DNA of 64,000 nt from Tubiluchus corallicola (GCA_030141605.1 JAQGDQ010000100.1:434001-498000), one strand, 5' to 3'. Shown: positions 32,701 through 44,500, numbered from the stretch's first letter. Translations and numbers: made by a program. The notes: generated by a model not told the origin, from the letters alone.

Positions 32701-33649
32701 CTTTTAAGATGAGACAGTGAACTTGTTGAAGTGTCTTAGCCTATTCAGCTATGTATAAATTCTGCTTAGATCGTTGGTAATTCTGTGGAGGCAGTATGGC
32801 GGATGTGAATAAAACAACCTTGGCCACCAATCCATTTAATGACCAACTGTTTATTTTGTTTGCCATGTTGTCTCTACGTAATTATTGATCTTAAGATTAT
32901 ATTTTTCTAAAAGGCGGCTCATGATATACCAGAACTTTATCTTTGAAGTTCCTCTATATTATTTCTTACTTTGGCATTATCTAGTCAATTTAAGTGCATC
33001 TGAATGTGGCTTAGACACAGACCTCTGCCTGTTCAATATGTGTTCTTAAGATTGTCCTTGATAATGAGGTATGTTCCAGTCCTGCCTCAAGTATTTGCAT
33101 TACGTCTCACCTTTGTTTAAATTCAGTCTGTGTTGACTGTATTAACTGCAGACAGGAAATAGTAGAATACTTTTACTCAGATACTGGATTTTGAAGATAA
33201 TTTTCAATGTCAGAAAAAAGTTTGTCACTCTCACTGCCTCATTTCTTATGCAATAAGACATTTATTTTCTGTTAAGCTGTAATCAAATGTCATAATTATT
33301 TATAATCACAGAAAAGTAATAGCAGTTATAGAACACATTACGCGTAGCACAAAATTCCAATGCTTGAAAATTTCATCTTGGATATGCAATCTTGATAGTG
33401 GTAATATGTTCCTAAAAACCTATCTAAAATTCTGTCTTTGTTTCTTCAAAACATGTGCTGAATAGTTAATTGTCCTGTGATTTTGCAATAATAGAGAAAC
33501 ATTTTGTTATACAGATACTACTAGGAAGTACAAATGTTCGAGTTGGCAGTACTATATTTGGAGCACGTGTATATCCCACAAAGTCTACCTTAAGCGGCAC
33601 AGAAACCTCATCAAAAGATGGAGCAGCTGTTTTAGGTAGTTCCAGCTAA
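14798..33649 (+). CDS. PLPBP: Pyridoxal phosphate homeostasis protein (PLPBP/PROSC, YggS family), 276 aa, 8 exons
   Basis: join(14798..14896,17439..17546,26540..26575,27919..27994,28351..28485,29516..29658,30961..31059,33515..33649); GT-AG, phases consistent; 831 nt. Motifs: LVAVTKTKP (PLP lysine), [78 protein letters not shown] at 34132-34137. Confidence 0.97.
17691..24668 (+). CDS. CEP290: Centrosomal protein of 290 kDa (ciliary transition-zone coiled-coil protein), single exon, 2325 aa, nested in PLPBP intron 2
   Basis: Uninterrupted 6,978-bp ORF with Kozak-like CACCATGG. Collinear CEP290 motifs from N- to C-terminus: [139 protein letters not shown]. Confidence 0.95.
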   Translation: MAPQMSWEEILVISPVELTEAEADNLYSPLIQFKVSEEDNVKHLFHLFCVTQKVLEIKGGEAEVYMDELEKMAEQQGQDSAEREKELLSEIEELKRDILRLEDVKGGDKDVRSLRNDLRDLERQNNLLRQEIQGVERELNAQNRSVEQHIMRAEKAETELRELRLDNEQNKASVLELQLQLETQREAISSKRGDDAEARSKIRAKNKELSEALDEITNLTEANDELQSKCEEMKNKLEDAVREMDKITEDYVAIKSALDNADSKHDHVVQENERLKVQLEDFNKQQREKTEADDAVMIAVNAKVDEWKQILSKKDDEIVECKSEIFHLEERLAAMSIDTDREYISVLTKAVEEKDKLIESLQQQLKDATAEMESNAAALEDLHQQLESKAGSVGTDKQQEKVVALRSSLKKNETLITDLKTRVTLAEADAAEKDKQLTEALTRMRQYESGEYGLAEAVSEIKQHKAQITVRDRQIEELVQHCNKIEVKQSELWEENQHLREKQNLDPSEPLDFHQSLVARKQQDRVLVLALEKELETLEEERINLKKQIRQLVQLAGKRVMELGSTSEGLEVTISHLLKPALKDIRSGKFDSVAVTHTDVFKQQVESKVYQQQIRELEQEITDLKKAITTNKHFEERTHELEEENKNLEQGLREILEALKEHQGQNSKGNVTTILCPTLEKVLSLLEAKLQAEAGNLGSPFKSQADELRGRCEELRNELRLAHNEVLRITTERDNALEKISELQMYKEKMQQKEIYSIKAKFLQLPQDLAASSSEVINNLNEHLIETVNELLLKQRTICDMEEALEESRRKFAVVVHQQGLVYKDFTSSKEHWEQATQQLESRNSELLEKNAIAEIRSAEFDRLLDSLSQDDVEVRRRLAELTRKVTVLQVNESKLSRKYTTMQDLEKVLRKENTKLQSEVLSMETTVMKRLGYLQRHKDMSAYKIRGLQQALERSVPEDELILANKHFTELTEKYRDVLQKVNTLVDKTETTSKLEIELNSLKSDKYSLEKELETAKEKLHALDAALEFLKKGGVEIVQDTLSNETITNLSKQVTLLEMRELNERQRAEHSVRLYEQQKTTLREVEDRNAELEQKFAEISKMNLQYQKEDRRLREELENSVTRAESKADKLRIGKLEESESTLKEEVEKLREIADVASFQRDAKNFAHISRDTELFSIRQLLLDFQSNSDDKSTIAKLHHQLVALQVGEGTAVRKLEHTQNELKKVQAQLLRTEQRLDEREERMFYMGQDSRSKIRYLKKNLHDVRRKFAGAIPLLEQEKFSETFFKLQVDKQKTEEELALALSERCKADSKVAEMDFQQKGLQELIRTLKDGRGATKITEWHAKMEEIRLNELKLTREVSQLRQQILHVTQLKKTAEDGIRNLEKKLVQQASMQDQRQLTWEERELALEENVARLEKQHCLISSAAAEFEEAMGSMPDPDEPVATQLEQAVTTIKRNVKVILESRAKSKELQSKVITLEAKLKEVDDSLISRERIISELRLRLPVTVERERTVTKAKESGKPKFHKSTESESKQGVTIAKETVSSLRERLEQKQDTILKYQELLKDARDEVRQLGLKHEQELKAMHGKLQKQQDHEFQHFKQAAMALINKPGVQAPTNKQVAQVNELKALVEEQEQSIWALKHNLDESNIEINRLKLALEERKLKIEQEKKLTEESSLGSEVAMEQNYDKLQARITEQAEELALVHQQLEEQRAVNMRAPSALLKQTVEKLKNQLILKEKQYDALSKALSDVRADMVRTAEDNIKLHNKGISDDIQTLITKHTQELQSRNNDLEALVDKLNGQLKKYQEAEPKTKDVKIDVSKKDSIIQSLKSEKERLESEVHELKQKFQRLVSQRSVRTVGLDHKNEVAELRRKIERLEQQQQSRQSVKTDFSLWEERKKYEKNIEQLKRKLSLKEVECAEQQKSVSTLKEMVEQNEKEKTVLRNRLRDAQKTDGVPLGTEEKIQELKKQAFQLEEENLNLKRQVSVVAQAGELHQHRLENQLLAEKIEILEKQLEKQAKGTKLSSEVFQEFKEREQKLQRKIISLSEENMNKQFDLEKLNSDIPRLKERVKDLEQYIDVLRNEKEERPDSTRSTSSGGIRKIGTSGKTTIELERTISLMKKVIENLKTENERLKKTSRPMNEKITSLLEQNEKLSSELQQQKEASDLIMSKISSENEKLRLQFDKEKNINEKLRIEMQELSMKERKLQSDLQEVRSAAPVSKAKRSTVAYRMMEDKLQSLEAELSSKLQVLDKCEEEKQQLQEQLTMFRNVASPPSSEAYRSLMLENVDLKSELRDVQLENMKLQREIEHLKLDADSHTPP
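26683..27773. mobile_element. Non-autonomous DNA transposon (~1.1 kb) in PLPBP intron 3
   Basis: Inverted ends AGGCTCGTACTC (26684-26695) and GAGTACGAGTCT (27759-27770); TCCTATA subterminal repeats at both ends; TSD not clear. Confidence 0.6.
31146..32534. mobile_element. Possible old Harbinger-like non-autonomous element in PLPBP intron 7
   Basis: Imperfect inverted ends GGGGCCGGATTAACGTA and TACATAAATCCAGGCTC; ACG/CGT-rich subterminal sequence at both ends. Confidence 0.35.
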
Positions 33650-35282
33650 CTACAGGCCCTCAGCACCATTGTGAAGTAGCCAAAATACCTCAGTTTTTGT
33701 CACAAATCTTTGTCTTCATTTATACATTGAAAGTTTCCTGCATTTTTTATTGTGATTATATTTACAGGACATTTTATTCAGATTGTAATTTTCGTATATA
33801 CTCTACTGTACAAAGTAGCATAAGCCCTATGCACACTACTCAAATTAAGTAACAGGTGTGTCAGTTGTGTAGGTTATTGGTGTAAATGTCAAACACTTAT
33901 AGAATTATTGCTGTAGGTAAACTTATATAGCACAGTTGTACATTGTATTGGTTGTATGTTATACTGAATGATGTGTTAAGTATTTATAAAATTTTAAAGT
34001 TTTAAAAATTTGAATGGCATATTTGTTGTGACTTGGTGGTTAAACCTTAATTTTGTAAGCTCTTCTGAAATTCCAGCTAGTGTGAACTTATTTATACGTT
34101 CACTATAAGGTCATTTATTTCATTTGTGAACAATAAAATCGGCCATTTGATGATGCACACATAACATCGTCAACAAAAACAAAAAAATGTTTTTATAATT
34201 TACATAATGCATGTTTGATTGGCAAGAAAAAAGACAAATAAAATACAAACTAATCACAACTTTGTTGCATTATATAGACATACACGTAATAAATATTTTA
34301 ATGATAGACTGGACCACACACTATTGCTACCAATGCAATGATATGATATCAATTTTTGCACATTTTCATACAGAGGTAAAACATGACTTGGTTGACCTGC
34401 AAAAACAAGATCTAGCAGTTAAAGTTTTAGACACTCATTGGTGGTGTGCTGCAGAAGCTTTAATTCTTCAGTCAGGCAAAATGAAAACACCAGTCACCAA
34501 TTAGACAACCAATTTAATGCAATTTTTGTTCAACTGACACTGTGGCAAACCAATAAAAAATACATATACAATATTTTTAAACAATTACAAATTTGGTTTA
34601 AAAAATGTCTGAATGACATATAATTATTATCAGTACATCATGCATTGACTAATTGCAAAATTTATCTTAACAATCTGCAATCATCACGTAAATAAACTGT
34701 TACAGCATGATTAAACATCAAGTATTTGACCTTATTTGTAATAAAAACTACATTTATAAAAGCTTCTATGCCAATGTACCGGTAGCGATCCTTAACAGTA
34801 ATTTTTGGCAACATAGCCTATATAAGTGTCAGCAACTATCCACATAGCAAATTAGCCAACATTAAGAAACATCAGCAGCTAAGTTACCCTGAACACATTA
34901 TTTAAAAAAAACAGCAATACTTTTACTATTTTGACATCTAAGTCAAATGGAAAGCTGCATGCAAGTTATAACATAATTGCCAAGGGGCATAAATTAATGA
35001 AATCGTAGTGCCACAGATAATGCATAAATATTTGTTGTCAGTTTAAATAAAATGATGTTACTGCAGATTTTATTTATTATGATGAATGTTGCATTATTTT
35101 CACACTTACTGATACCTGAAGATAATATGACTTGCACAAATAAGCGGATTTTTTCCATCAGGCAGAACAATGATATGTTCTCTGATTATAAGAAGAGAGA
35201 TGAACATGTGTGCTTTACTAAAGCAGAATATTTACAATATGTCTTGTGCTTGTTTCTGCAAGTAATGCAGTCAGCTCACTTG

Positions 35283-38200
35283 TCAGGAACGAATAGCAGA
35301 ATCATGCAAAATACAAATTTCGACCTGAAATGTGATGTTAAGAAAATAATAGGTCAACAAGATGATAAACAAGCTAAATAAAATGTGAGACACTGTATAC
35401 AACAAGGCTGTAAATAACTGTAAAGTGTACTTTTAATGTAGATTGATGAACACTGTGATCGACGTCGTGGAATGTGGCAAAAGTGAAGATGTAACTGAAC
35501 TTGGCTCCTTTTTTTGAAAGTAGGCAACTGCGGTTTTAGTATGAAAAACTATTCATTTGGTCTAGTTCACTAGACTTATAGGCTGTGTGTCAACATCATT
35601 CAATATCTCTATATTATCATACAATAATACCATACTAGATCTATATATAACGATGATGATATATAATATAGAAAACATTAAGCTTCTCTTTTTTTACACC
35701 TAAAACCGTTCCACAGCTTTTCTCTCACATAAACATGTACCACTACACAAACAAACACCAAAAAAGCTAGTAAATAGCAATTCTGCAAAAACATTAAGTT
35801 GTACACACATAAACTAGCCTCTGCTTGTTATCAGAAACTCTACACAAGGCAAAAAGACGAACATGAAATTTGAAATACAGATAGTGTGCTATCTGTGGAG
35901 TGGTCTGTTTGTACCTTAGTATTCTGTATTTCACGCACTAAATGCATTCATTAACTAAAAATGGTAACTAAGAAAGGCAATAGTCTGAAAGCATAAATTA
36001 AAAAAGCATCTGCACATTTTTTATATTTAAAGCAAAATCAAATGACACCTTAATATTGCTGTTACATGTGGAAGTGTAAATTTATTTCATCAATTTTCTG
36101 TACTGCTGTGAAGTTTACACTAAAAGGATACAACTCGTAGTCCACGCTCTATTGGATCAACAATCATTAATCCTCTAGGGAGATAAATAGTTTTGTTCTG
36201 CTCTTGGATAAACCGCGAAATTTTTTTCAAGCACTGAAATCATAAGAAATGTTTAAATTCACAGCAAAATACTACTTACATAAAACTGGGCAGTGAGAAA
36301 AGTGAGCTATGAAAAGCCTGGAAATGAAAAAAATGGTCAACTGGTGGAAAAGTAGGCAATGGAAAAAACTGAGACAATGAGAAAAGTAAGGCTAACAGGA
36401 GATTGGGCTATGAAAAATGAGCAATAATAGCAAGCCTCCACATTTCAAACATTTATATAACCCAAAATTGTTCTCGAGCTATTTGGTTTGCATAAGCTAT
36501 AGTAATAACACAATGTTTTGTGTAAAATATTATAAATACGAAGTTCCAAAATTATGTCCTAAATTCTGCATTGTATGGTTTAAAATACACTATTATTTGA
36601 ATAAGATTCTGTACTCATGGATTCGTTTTATTTTTGGCTATTTTCCAAGCTAGATTTTGCATTTGGTTTATTTTTATCAAGAATGTCCCTTAAAATGACT
36701 CCATCATCTGGCAGCCCCGCAGCTCACATACACCCATGAGTCTGTGACATATTAAAATTAAATTAAAACATTTTTTAATATAGTAGAACAGCAGTTGTAC
36801 CAATATAATTTTTGGAAGAATAAATGTTGCCCGATGAATAAACGTGAACTTCACAGTGATACTTATTAATTATCAGTTTCATAGGAATGAAAGTCTGTTC
36901 TCGTTTGCATAAGCTATAGTAATAACATAATGTTTTGCGTAAAATACTACAAATACGAAGTTCCAAAATTATGTCCTAAATTCTGCATTGTATGGTTTAA
37001 AAGACAATATTATTTGAGTAAGATTCTGTACTCATGGATTCGGTTTATTTTTGGCTATTTTCCAAGCTAGATTTTGCATTTGGTTATTTTTATCAAGAAT
37101 GTCCCTTAAAATGACTCCCATCATCTGGCAGCCCCGCAGCTCACATACACCCATGAGTCTGTGACACATTAAAATTAAATTAAAACATTTTTTAATATAG
37201 TAGAACAACAGTTGTACCAATATAATTTTTGGAAGAGTAAATGTTGCCCAATTCCCGGTGAATAAACGTGAACTTCACAGTGATATTTATTAATTATCAG
37301 TTTCATATGAATGAAAGTCTGTTCGCGTTAGCGTTCACGAAAATAATATTCGGTTATGCAGTCTTTCTTCGTTTAGTTAAGCCTTGTATTTGACTGCCTA
37401 GTATGTATGCTGTTAGTCTATTACCTTTTCATAGCGAGTGTTCATGCATATGTATATGAGGTAAGCAGTAAGGCAGGCCAGGCACCCTTCACAATACGTT
37501 TTAGTTCCAATTTTCTCAGCTTCACCATACATAGCATTAAGTGTGTTGATGGTGTGGTCAAATACTGAAGGTTCCACCTGAAAAAAATTAATGTACATAG
37601 TAAAAGCAAAAATGACTTTTGCATTATGGTTTTGATTCTCATTGCAGTATTATGACTTTGATAAATGTGACTTATTTTGACTACCTTTCCCTCCAGTTCT
37701 GGAGGAAATTTTGTTTGGAATCTGCATATTGTTCCCTCCGAATAATCTCGCTGTATGAATACTTTTGCACAACAGGTTTGAGGCAATCGGTCACTCTGGA
37801 GAAGAAAACAAAAACAAATAAGTTACTACAAGTTATCAAACTTGAGCTTATATAGTACAAGTGAGAGAATAACAATAAAAAATATTAAACACTACTCAAG
37901 ATTCCCAAAGCTAACAAATCAATGCTATATAACAGTTTTATGCGACATAAAAAATATTTTACAGCAAATGAAACCCAGAGATTTTTCATAGTTTATCACT
38001 ATCATATCACATAATAATATTGATTCCATGACATCTTATAACTAACTGTAGTGGATTTGAACGTCGAACCATTCCACCTAAGTAACTTATAGTATTTTAA
38101 GGCTGACTTCTATAATTAAGCTCCATAACACATTATTGGGTAAAGTGTATTCAATAACTACTGAAATTTTTATTGAGCCACTTCTGGCACAGTAATTAAT

Positions 38201-39330
38201 AATTTAAACCACAACCAGATTTAACATTGAGCATGCAATGAAAAGTGACATTTTTATAGAAGTTGAAACGTATGTAAGAGAAAGAATTTAGAGGAAACTA
38301 TGTTTATGAGTGGAAAATTAATTTCTAGCAGCATTATTTACATTTCAAATAGTTGTGTATATATGGTACATAAAGTTCAGATGGTAAGTGTTGCACAAAC
38401 TTTTTATTTCACACAAAAGTACCTATAAATCTGTCCACAAAGAAACACAAGACATTTTTTAGTTTTGACAATGTGAAATTTTTAATTTATTAGTTTTTGT
38501 CCATAGAATTAAATACCACCACGATCTGACATTGTCATCCAACTACAAACAACAGCCTTAGAAAAAAATAACTGAAAAATATAAGAAAAAAACTTGACAC
38601 TGTAAAATTCTAGTAAAAATTTTATGAAGACCTTAGACTCTTAGAGAAATCATGGAAATTACCATTCACGTTTAAATCGAGCCTGGAAAGAGTTGTGATT
38701 TCAGTCTCCTACTCGGTCTGCCTCACTGTGGAATTTTATGTTAACAAAATTAATATTTCAGTTATGGTCAAGAAATTCCATAAATTTTACGGTTTGTGAA
38801 TTTTTCTTTCTAATGAATTCGATCTACGCCTACATTTCGTTTGACTTATGCACAACAAGTTACAGAACAGGGTAACATAGGGTCTTCGTTACACCGGCTC
38901 CTACTGACTGTGCAAGAAAACACACACTGCTTCTCCACATCTAAACACAGGTGCACCTTAATTACTGTTTTTTCCTTTATTTAGGACGATACGTGTAATG
39001 CACATGATTGTCGACGAAGCGAAATTATAAAAATAGGGTGGCTGACGCGCGCCGCCATATTGTGGGAGATGAAGGTAGAACATCATTTTCTAGCATATTT
39101 CGGTTATCAGTTTTCAAACAATATGAAAGTAAATTAAAAATGGCATTGGTTCAAACGATTGCAATAATCTACAAAAGCATTATTACTTAATCATTTTAAT
39201 TTTGTAATAATCAGACAAAAAACAATAGCATAAGTGACGTACAAAGTATTTAACCAGCTATTAGCTCATGTTAGTATGTAAATGCATAATTTTTAAAGAA
39301 AACACAATAGCTTACCTCCGTGGTCGCCAT
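35283..39330 (-). CDS. GOLGA7: Golgin subfamily A member 7 (GCP16/Erf4, palmitoyltransferase cofactor), 140 aa, 5 exons
   Basis: complement(join(35283..35324,36132..36233,37425..37577,37685..37795,39316..39330)); 423 nt. MATTE|...[27 protein letters not shown]|...[30 protein letters not shown]|[13 protein letters not shown]...[16 protein letters not shown]|[13 protein letters not shown]. Confidence 0.95.
35325..36131 (-). other. U12-type (minor spliceosome) GT-AG intron, GOLGA7 intron 4
   Basis: Donor |GTATCCTTT matches the U12 consensus; branch point TTTCTTAAC (35345-35337) lies 12 nt before the end of the intron (CAG). Confidence 0.9.
36486..37329. repeat. Near-identical ~420-bp tandem duplication in GOLGA7 intron 3
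   Basis: 36486-36902 is repeated at 36903-37329 (offset 417) with scattered substitutions and a small indel. Confidence 0.92.
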
Positions 39331-39571
39331 TACTGTAAACTGAGTCTTACCCCTTACGTCATCGTGTGAATCATCCAGTCATTGCTTCGATATCTATGGT
39401 TTAGATGACCAGCCATAAAGCAAGGATTGTAACTCCTGCACAGCATGGCAAGCACAAGCATTAGCACACTAGCATTCCCCCTCTCCAAGCACCAATTTCA
39501 CACCAGAGCATAGTTAATAGCAGAATTAAAAATAAATGCTATTACCTATTTGTATAATTTTGGTGGTATAA

Positions 39572-40225
39572 TCTATATATATATATATAAGATTCGAGGC
39601 TACAGCTCAGGTCGACGGCACCATTTGCGGCGATCTATATATATCAAATGAAAGGTCTCGATCTAGTGTGGTCTCATTGGGGGTTTATTTTTTTAATTGG
39701 GCCATCCGGATGAATGGGGGGGGGGGTCGAAAAACCTCCAAAATGGCCCTTTTCGGACGTTTTTTGCAAAACTTATATCTCTTATTTTTGGAGAATGGGA
39801 ATGGGCTTGGGGTAGTGCGCACTATGGCTAAAGAGCCCGTTCAGCGGTGGGTGTAGTAGGCATATTAAGAATGCACGAGAGGGCCACGGAGTGTCGTAAC
39901 GGGCGTTTTCCTGGACGCAACTCTCGATTTTTTTGAAATTTCGGCCAAACAGCCTGTAGAAAAAACTTTCTACATTACTGTACCTGTACCTGTTTTACAT
40001 TGCTGTACGTGTTTTACCATAAATTTATGCATATAGTATAACTATTGTTATTATTCACAATGTAACCTCGTATTCAATTCTCAAGAATTTCTCGCTCACT
40101 ATTTTTTCCGCCCTTTAAAAATATGACTAGATTAAATATACATTTCTGCTACTTAGTATTTAATTTAATACCAAATCTATTTTTAATACTATAATGTTTA
40201 TATACGTATGTGTATGTATATGTGA

Positions 40226-40272
<47 letters not shown>

Positions 40273-40767
40273 AACGCCTAAAAAAATGTAATGAGCCTGT
40301 AAGTAAACTTGTATTTTTAATAAGGGGCAGCTGACCAATAGGTCTTTTGCTGCTCCTTCTCAGCTGCAATGAAATGTAAAAATAATTATGACGAATTTTA
40401 ACTGCTATTGAGAAAATAAAATAAAATTGAAATTTCTAGTGGCGCCTGGTGGGACTCTCGGAAGGAGCTATATGGCTCTTTAGAAAGAGGAGGAACATGG
40501 GTACACGACGGTGTGGGCTATGTTTTAGGACACCTCAACCAAAAGGAGTGGCGACAAGTTAATTAGATGTTCCATTTTTGGCAATTTTTGCTCAGAAAAC
40601 TGCTGACGCAAAGCTATTGTTCCGACGTCATCCATTATACTCTCTTTATAACTTTAATTCAGTAAAAGCTGCTACTGGTTTAGCGTTATGAGGACTGTGT
40701 AGGATGTTCGCGTATTATTGATTATAAGTGTATTTATACGCAAAATTTTTTGCGAGGCCTTTGCTAG
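39572..40767 (+). mobile_element. Non-autonomous Helitron (~1.2 kb) between JTB and GOLGA7
   Basis: A|TC at the 5' end (TCTATATAT...), 3' hairpin CGCAAAATTTTTTGCG then CTAG|T, no TSD; related copies at 6940-7933; contains (TA)n at 40227-40270. Confidence 0.8.
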
Positions 40768-41500
40768 TTATTTAATACTTTGCAACAAGCTTAGTATGTA
40801 TGATTGGTAATTAGTAGAGATTGTGCAGATGGTTATAATTAGTGCTCAAATTAGTATGCAGTGATTTGTGACTTTTTCAATAATAATTTTAATTCGGTGC
40901 TAACAAAACTGAACTGAGTTTCTGAAATTTTGCACAAGTATGGGTCACATATGATCATAGGCAATTATCTAGTCTTCACATGGAACTTAACAGAACCTCG
41001 TGTTTTGAGAAACACAGGCTTTGATGATTACGAGTTATGAATGTACTAACAACAGAGATTTAATAATCATGTTTATTAGTTCTTATAAATAATACAAAAA
41101 TGATTATTTACACATTAAATAGAATAAGCATGTATAGCAAGGCTTTAAATATCTGTGTTTTTTATACCTAGTAGGCCTGTAAATTTATAACAAAAATACA
41201 CAAGAAATTAAATTTTAAGTGGCTTCGCATGTACAAGGTTATTATTATGAATGAAGCAAAAGAATCAGTAAACCACGTGAAGCTGATGCATAAAAATTTT
41301 TCCTAACTACATTTAAGATCATCTGCATCTTCCTTTAGTGCACAGCACCTTTATAGCATCACCCAATGCTCGCATCGTACCCGTATCACGGTGAGCAATT
41401 CAAGGAAATGAGACTAGAGTTAAAGTCAATATCTTACACCACCTGGCTGCAGTCCATAAACCAAAGTAGGAATACAGACTCTGTTAAGCTGCTGTAATTG

Positions 41501-44500
41501 TCACATCAAGCTTTCTCCAATCTGTTTTTGAATTCTTTCCAAAGTCTGTCGATGCATTTGCCATTCTCTAATCACAGTAATTGCAATGGCAACAACTCCT
41601 ACACAAAATGCACATGCTTCAAATATCCAGAACTTTCGTGCTGCTTCATTTCTTGAACCATCACAACTGTAAATAGTACAGAACAGTCTGTCAGTAATGT
41701 ATGTTTAGCTTTAAAAACTCCATAAATGAAAAAACCAAAATTTAAATCTTGTGGTACCATGCAACACTACTATTCAGTGGCGTAGCTAACGGAGGGTAGT
41801 TTGTCCCAGGTGGCACTTTTCAAAGGACAGCATTCTGATCAAGTTAACTGAAAAAGTTCAAGTTTGCAGATTAACTGTTTGTTGAGGTGTGTGATTTTCC
41901 TAGCATTAATTTATCAAACACTTAAATGTTGTTTGAAGCAATATCAAAGTACTGAAAATGCTATAGTAATTATAGCTACACACAGTTAAAGCTAAAAAAA
42001 TGAAACAGATTGTATAACGGCAAATATACAAATATTTTTTTTGAACAGCATTTCATTTTTTACAAACTTTTTGCAAACAATGCAATGGCTTATTCGTGGT
42101 GAGGTAACATACGGAAACAACATACAGTAAGTTCTCGCTTAACGACGGTAATGCGCTCCAGCAAAATGTGTCGTTAAGTGAAACATCGCTAAACGAAACA
42201 GCATTGTAACAACACAATGTAAAAGCATTCAGCTGCGTTCCAGGAGCAAAAATCAATAGTGCTTGGTTATGAAAAATGTTCAGTTGTTTGCATGGGCGTG
42301 AAAACTATAGAAGTGTGGTTGTGGTAAAAGATTCAGTTTTCTTGCAGGAGAAAAATCAATAACGTTTGGCTCATAAATTAAGCACTTTATATGGTTTATT
42401 GCTTCCAGTTCTGCAGCGTTTCTTTAATTAAAATGCTACAGTGTACTGTGTAAAACAAAATACTACTGTACTAGTAAAATTTAAATCTGAAATGTAGCCT
42501 CCTCTCCTTCAGTCATTTTTTCCTCTTCTTCCTTTTTTCTTTTGTTTTTTTATAAAAATAATATATTGTTGGTTGTTTCGATTTTTTCTTTTTTCTGCTA
42601 ACACTTCCTTATAGTATTACATTGCTTTCGCTATGACCCGCTTCACTATTAGACTCTGTTCTAGGTCACTGTGATTTTGACATAAAATATGAAGCCCAGC
42701 ATCAATGTGTTTACAAGCTTCATATAGATGCGCTGTGGTTACCTTATGCTGTGGTTCAGGAGATGAGTCGTCATCTTCTTGCAAGATAACTTGATGTTCA
42801 TGTAATTCCTGTAATTCTTGTTTAGTCAGTTTTTCAGTATGAGATTCCAGTACTTCTCCTATGTCATGCTTTTCCAAGTCATTGAAACCTGTAGCTTATG
42901 CTATTTGTAGCGTCTCTTCATTTACACAAGGAATCAACTTTGCCTGTTCTGTTTTTGTCACACACTCCGTGCATAAATTACGCCACACTCCATTCATGCA
43001 TTCTGCCATAATACAGCCCCAGGCTTCTTTAACATTATCTAAACAGTGCAAAATGTTGCACACTCGCCAGGACTCTTGAATAGTCGACTTTTCTTTACCG
43101 TTAGTTTCAGCAATGAATTGTTCAAAACTGCAGCGTAGATAATACGCCTTAAAAGCAGCAATTGCTCCTTGATCCATTGGCTGTATTAATGCTGTAGTAT
43201 TTGGTGGCACGAAAACAATTTTTACATTGTCACAAAGATCATGGAGATTTGTTGGGTGCGAAGATGCCTTGTCGACAAGCAAATGCTCGGTCAGCCATTC
43301 ACTAAAAATTTTGCCTGTCATTCATGCTTTCTTGTTACGTTTTCAACTGACAGGCATGCAGTCTTTTGAATAACCCTTCAATGCTCATGGGTTGGCAAAG
43401 CGATAAACCAATCTTTAATGCTCATGGGTTGGCAGAGCGATAAACCAATGTTGGCTTCATTTTCATATCACCTGTTGTGTTAATCTCCCAACAGCAACGT
43501 GAATCCGTCTGTCGCTGCTTTGAAACTGGGTGCTGATCTGTTAGACCCTCATATATAAGCGCGTGCTGGCATTCTTTTCCAAAAGAGTCCTGTTTCATCG
43601 ACGTTAAAAACATGTTTGCTTGAATAACTGGCATCTGTGATTATAATCTTGAAAGTTTTTGTAAATTTCTCGCTGCTTCAACGTATGCGCTGCCCGCATC
43701 CCTCGTAATTTTAATGTTGTGATCATGGTAATATTTCTTAAACTGCTGAAACCATCCTTGACTTGCAGTAAATGTTTCTTCCTGTGAGCTTTCACCCTTC
43801 TTAGTTTTTATGCCATTACACAAACTTAAAGCCTTAGCTTGAATCATGTGCAATTTAGAGGCATACTATGCTGACTCCGATCATCAATCCACATAGATAA
43901 AGCTGCTCTGCTTTTTCTATTGTTGAACTCCTCACTCTCGTAATCCTTGCAGCGTCTGGTGGTGTTGTACTTTTTGCACTCGCTCTTATTTTTGCAGCAT
44001 TTTTGTGAATTGTCTAGACAGTTAACGGTAGTAAATTTAGAGCCTTACTAATGTCTATTGCTCTTTTTCATCAGCATCAAAACAGTGCAAAATGTCCAAT
44101 TTTGTCTCTAACATAATTGCTTTTCTTTTTTGTTTAACACTGGCCATGACACCTGAGAAATATTACTAGTGTTGTGTTTGCGACAGTTAAAATGCAAATG
44201 AGGTGAACGCAGCAATTAACCATGTAACACCCACCAGAGTTTTATCAGCTGAAACGTTTGTGTTTTAACAAGAAGAATTTTACCTAAATGTGGAAAAGCA
44301 ATGAATTATCGTGGCCCGCCTATAGCCGTAGCAGATTGTCTGCCTAGTTGTGCTATGGTGATCCGGGTTAAGTGGCGGGCTTCTTGATAGAGTACAAGCG
44401 CAGTAAATAAGGTTTTAGTGTTTAAAGCAAGGCAAAAAAATCGTCGTAAAGTAAAACATACAATGTAAAGCAAAAACAGGTGTCAAATGATTAGCGTGGT

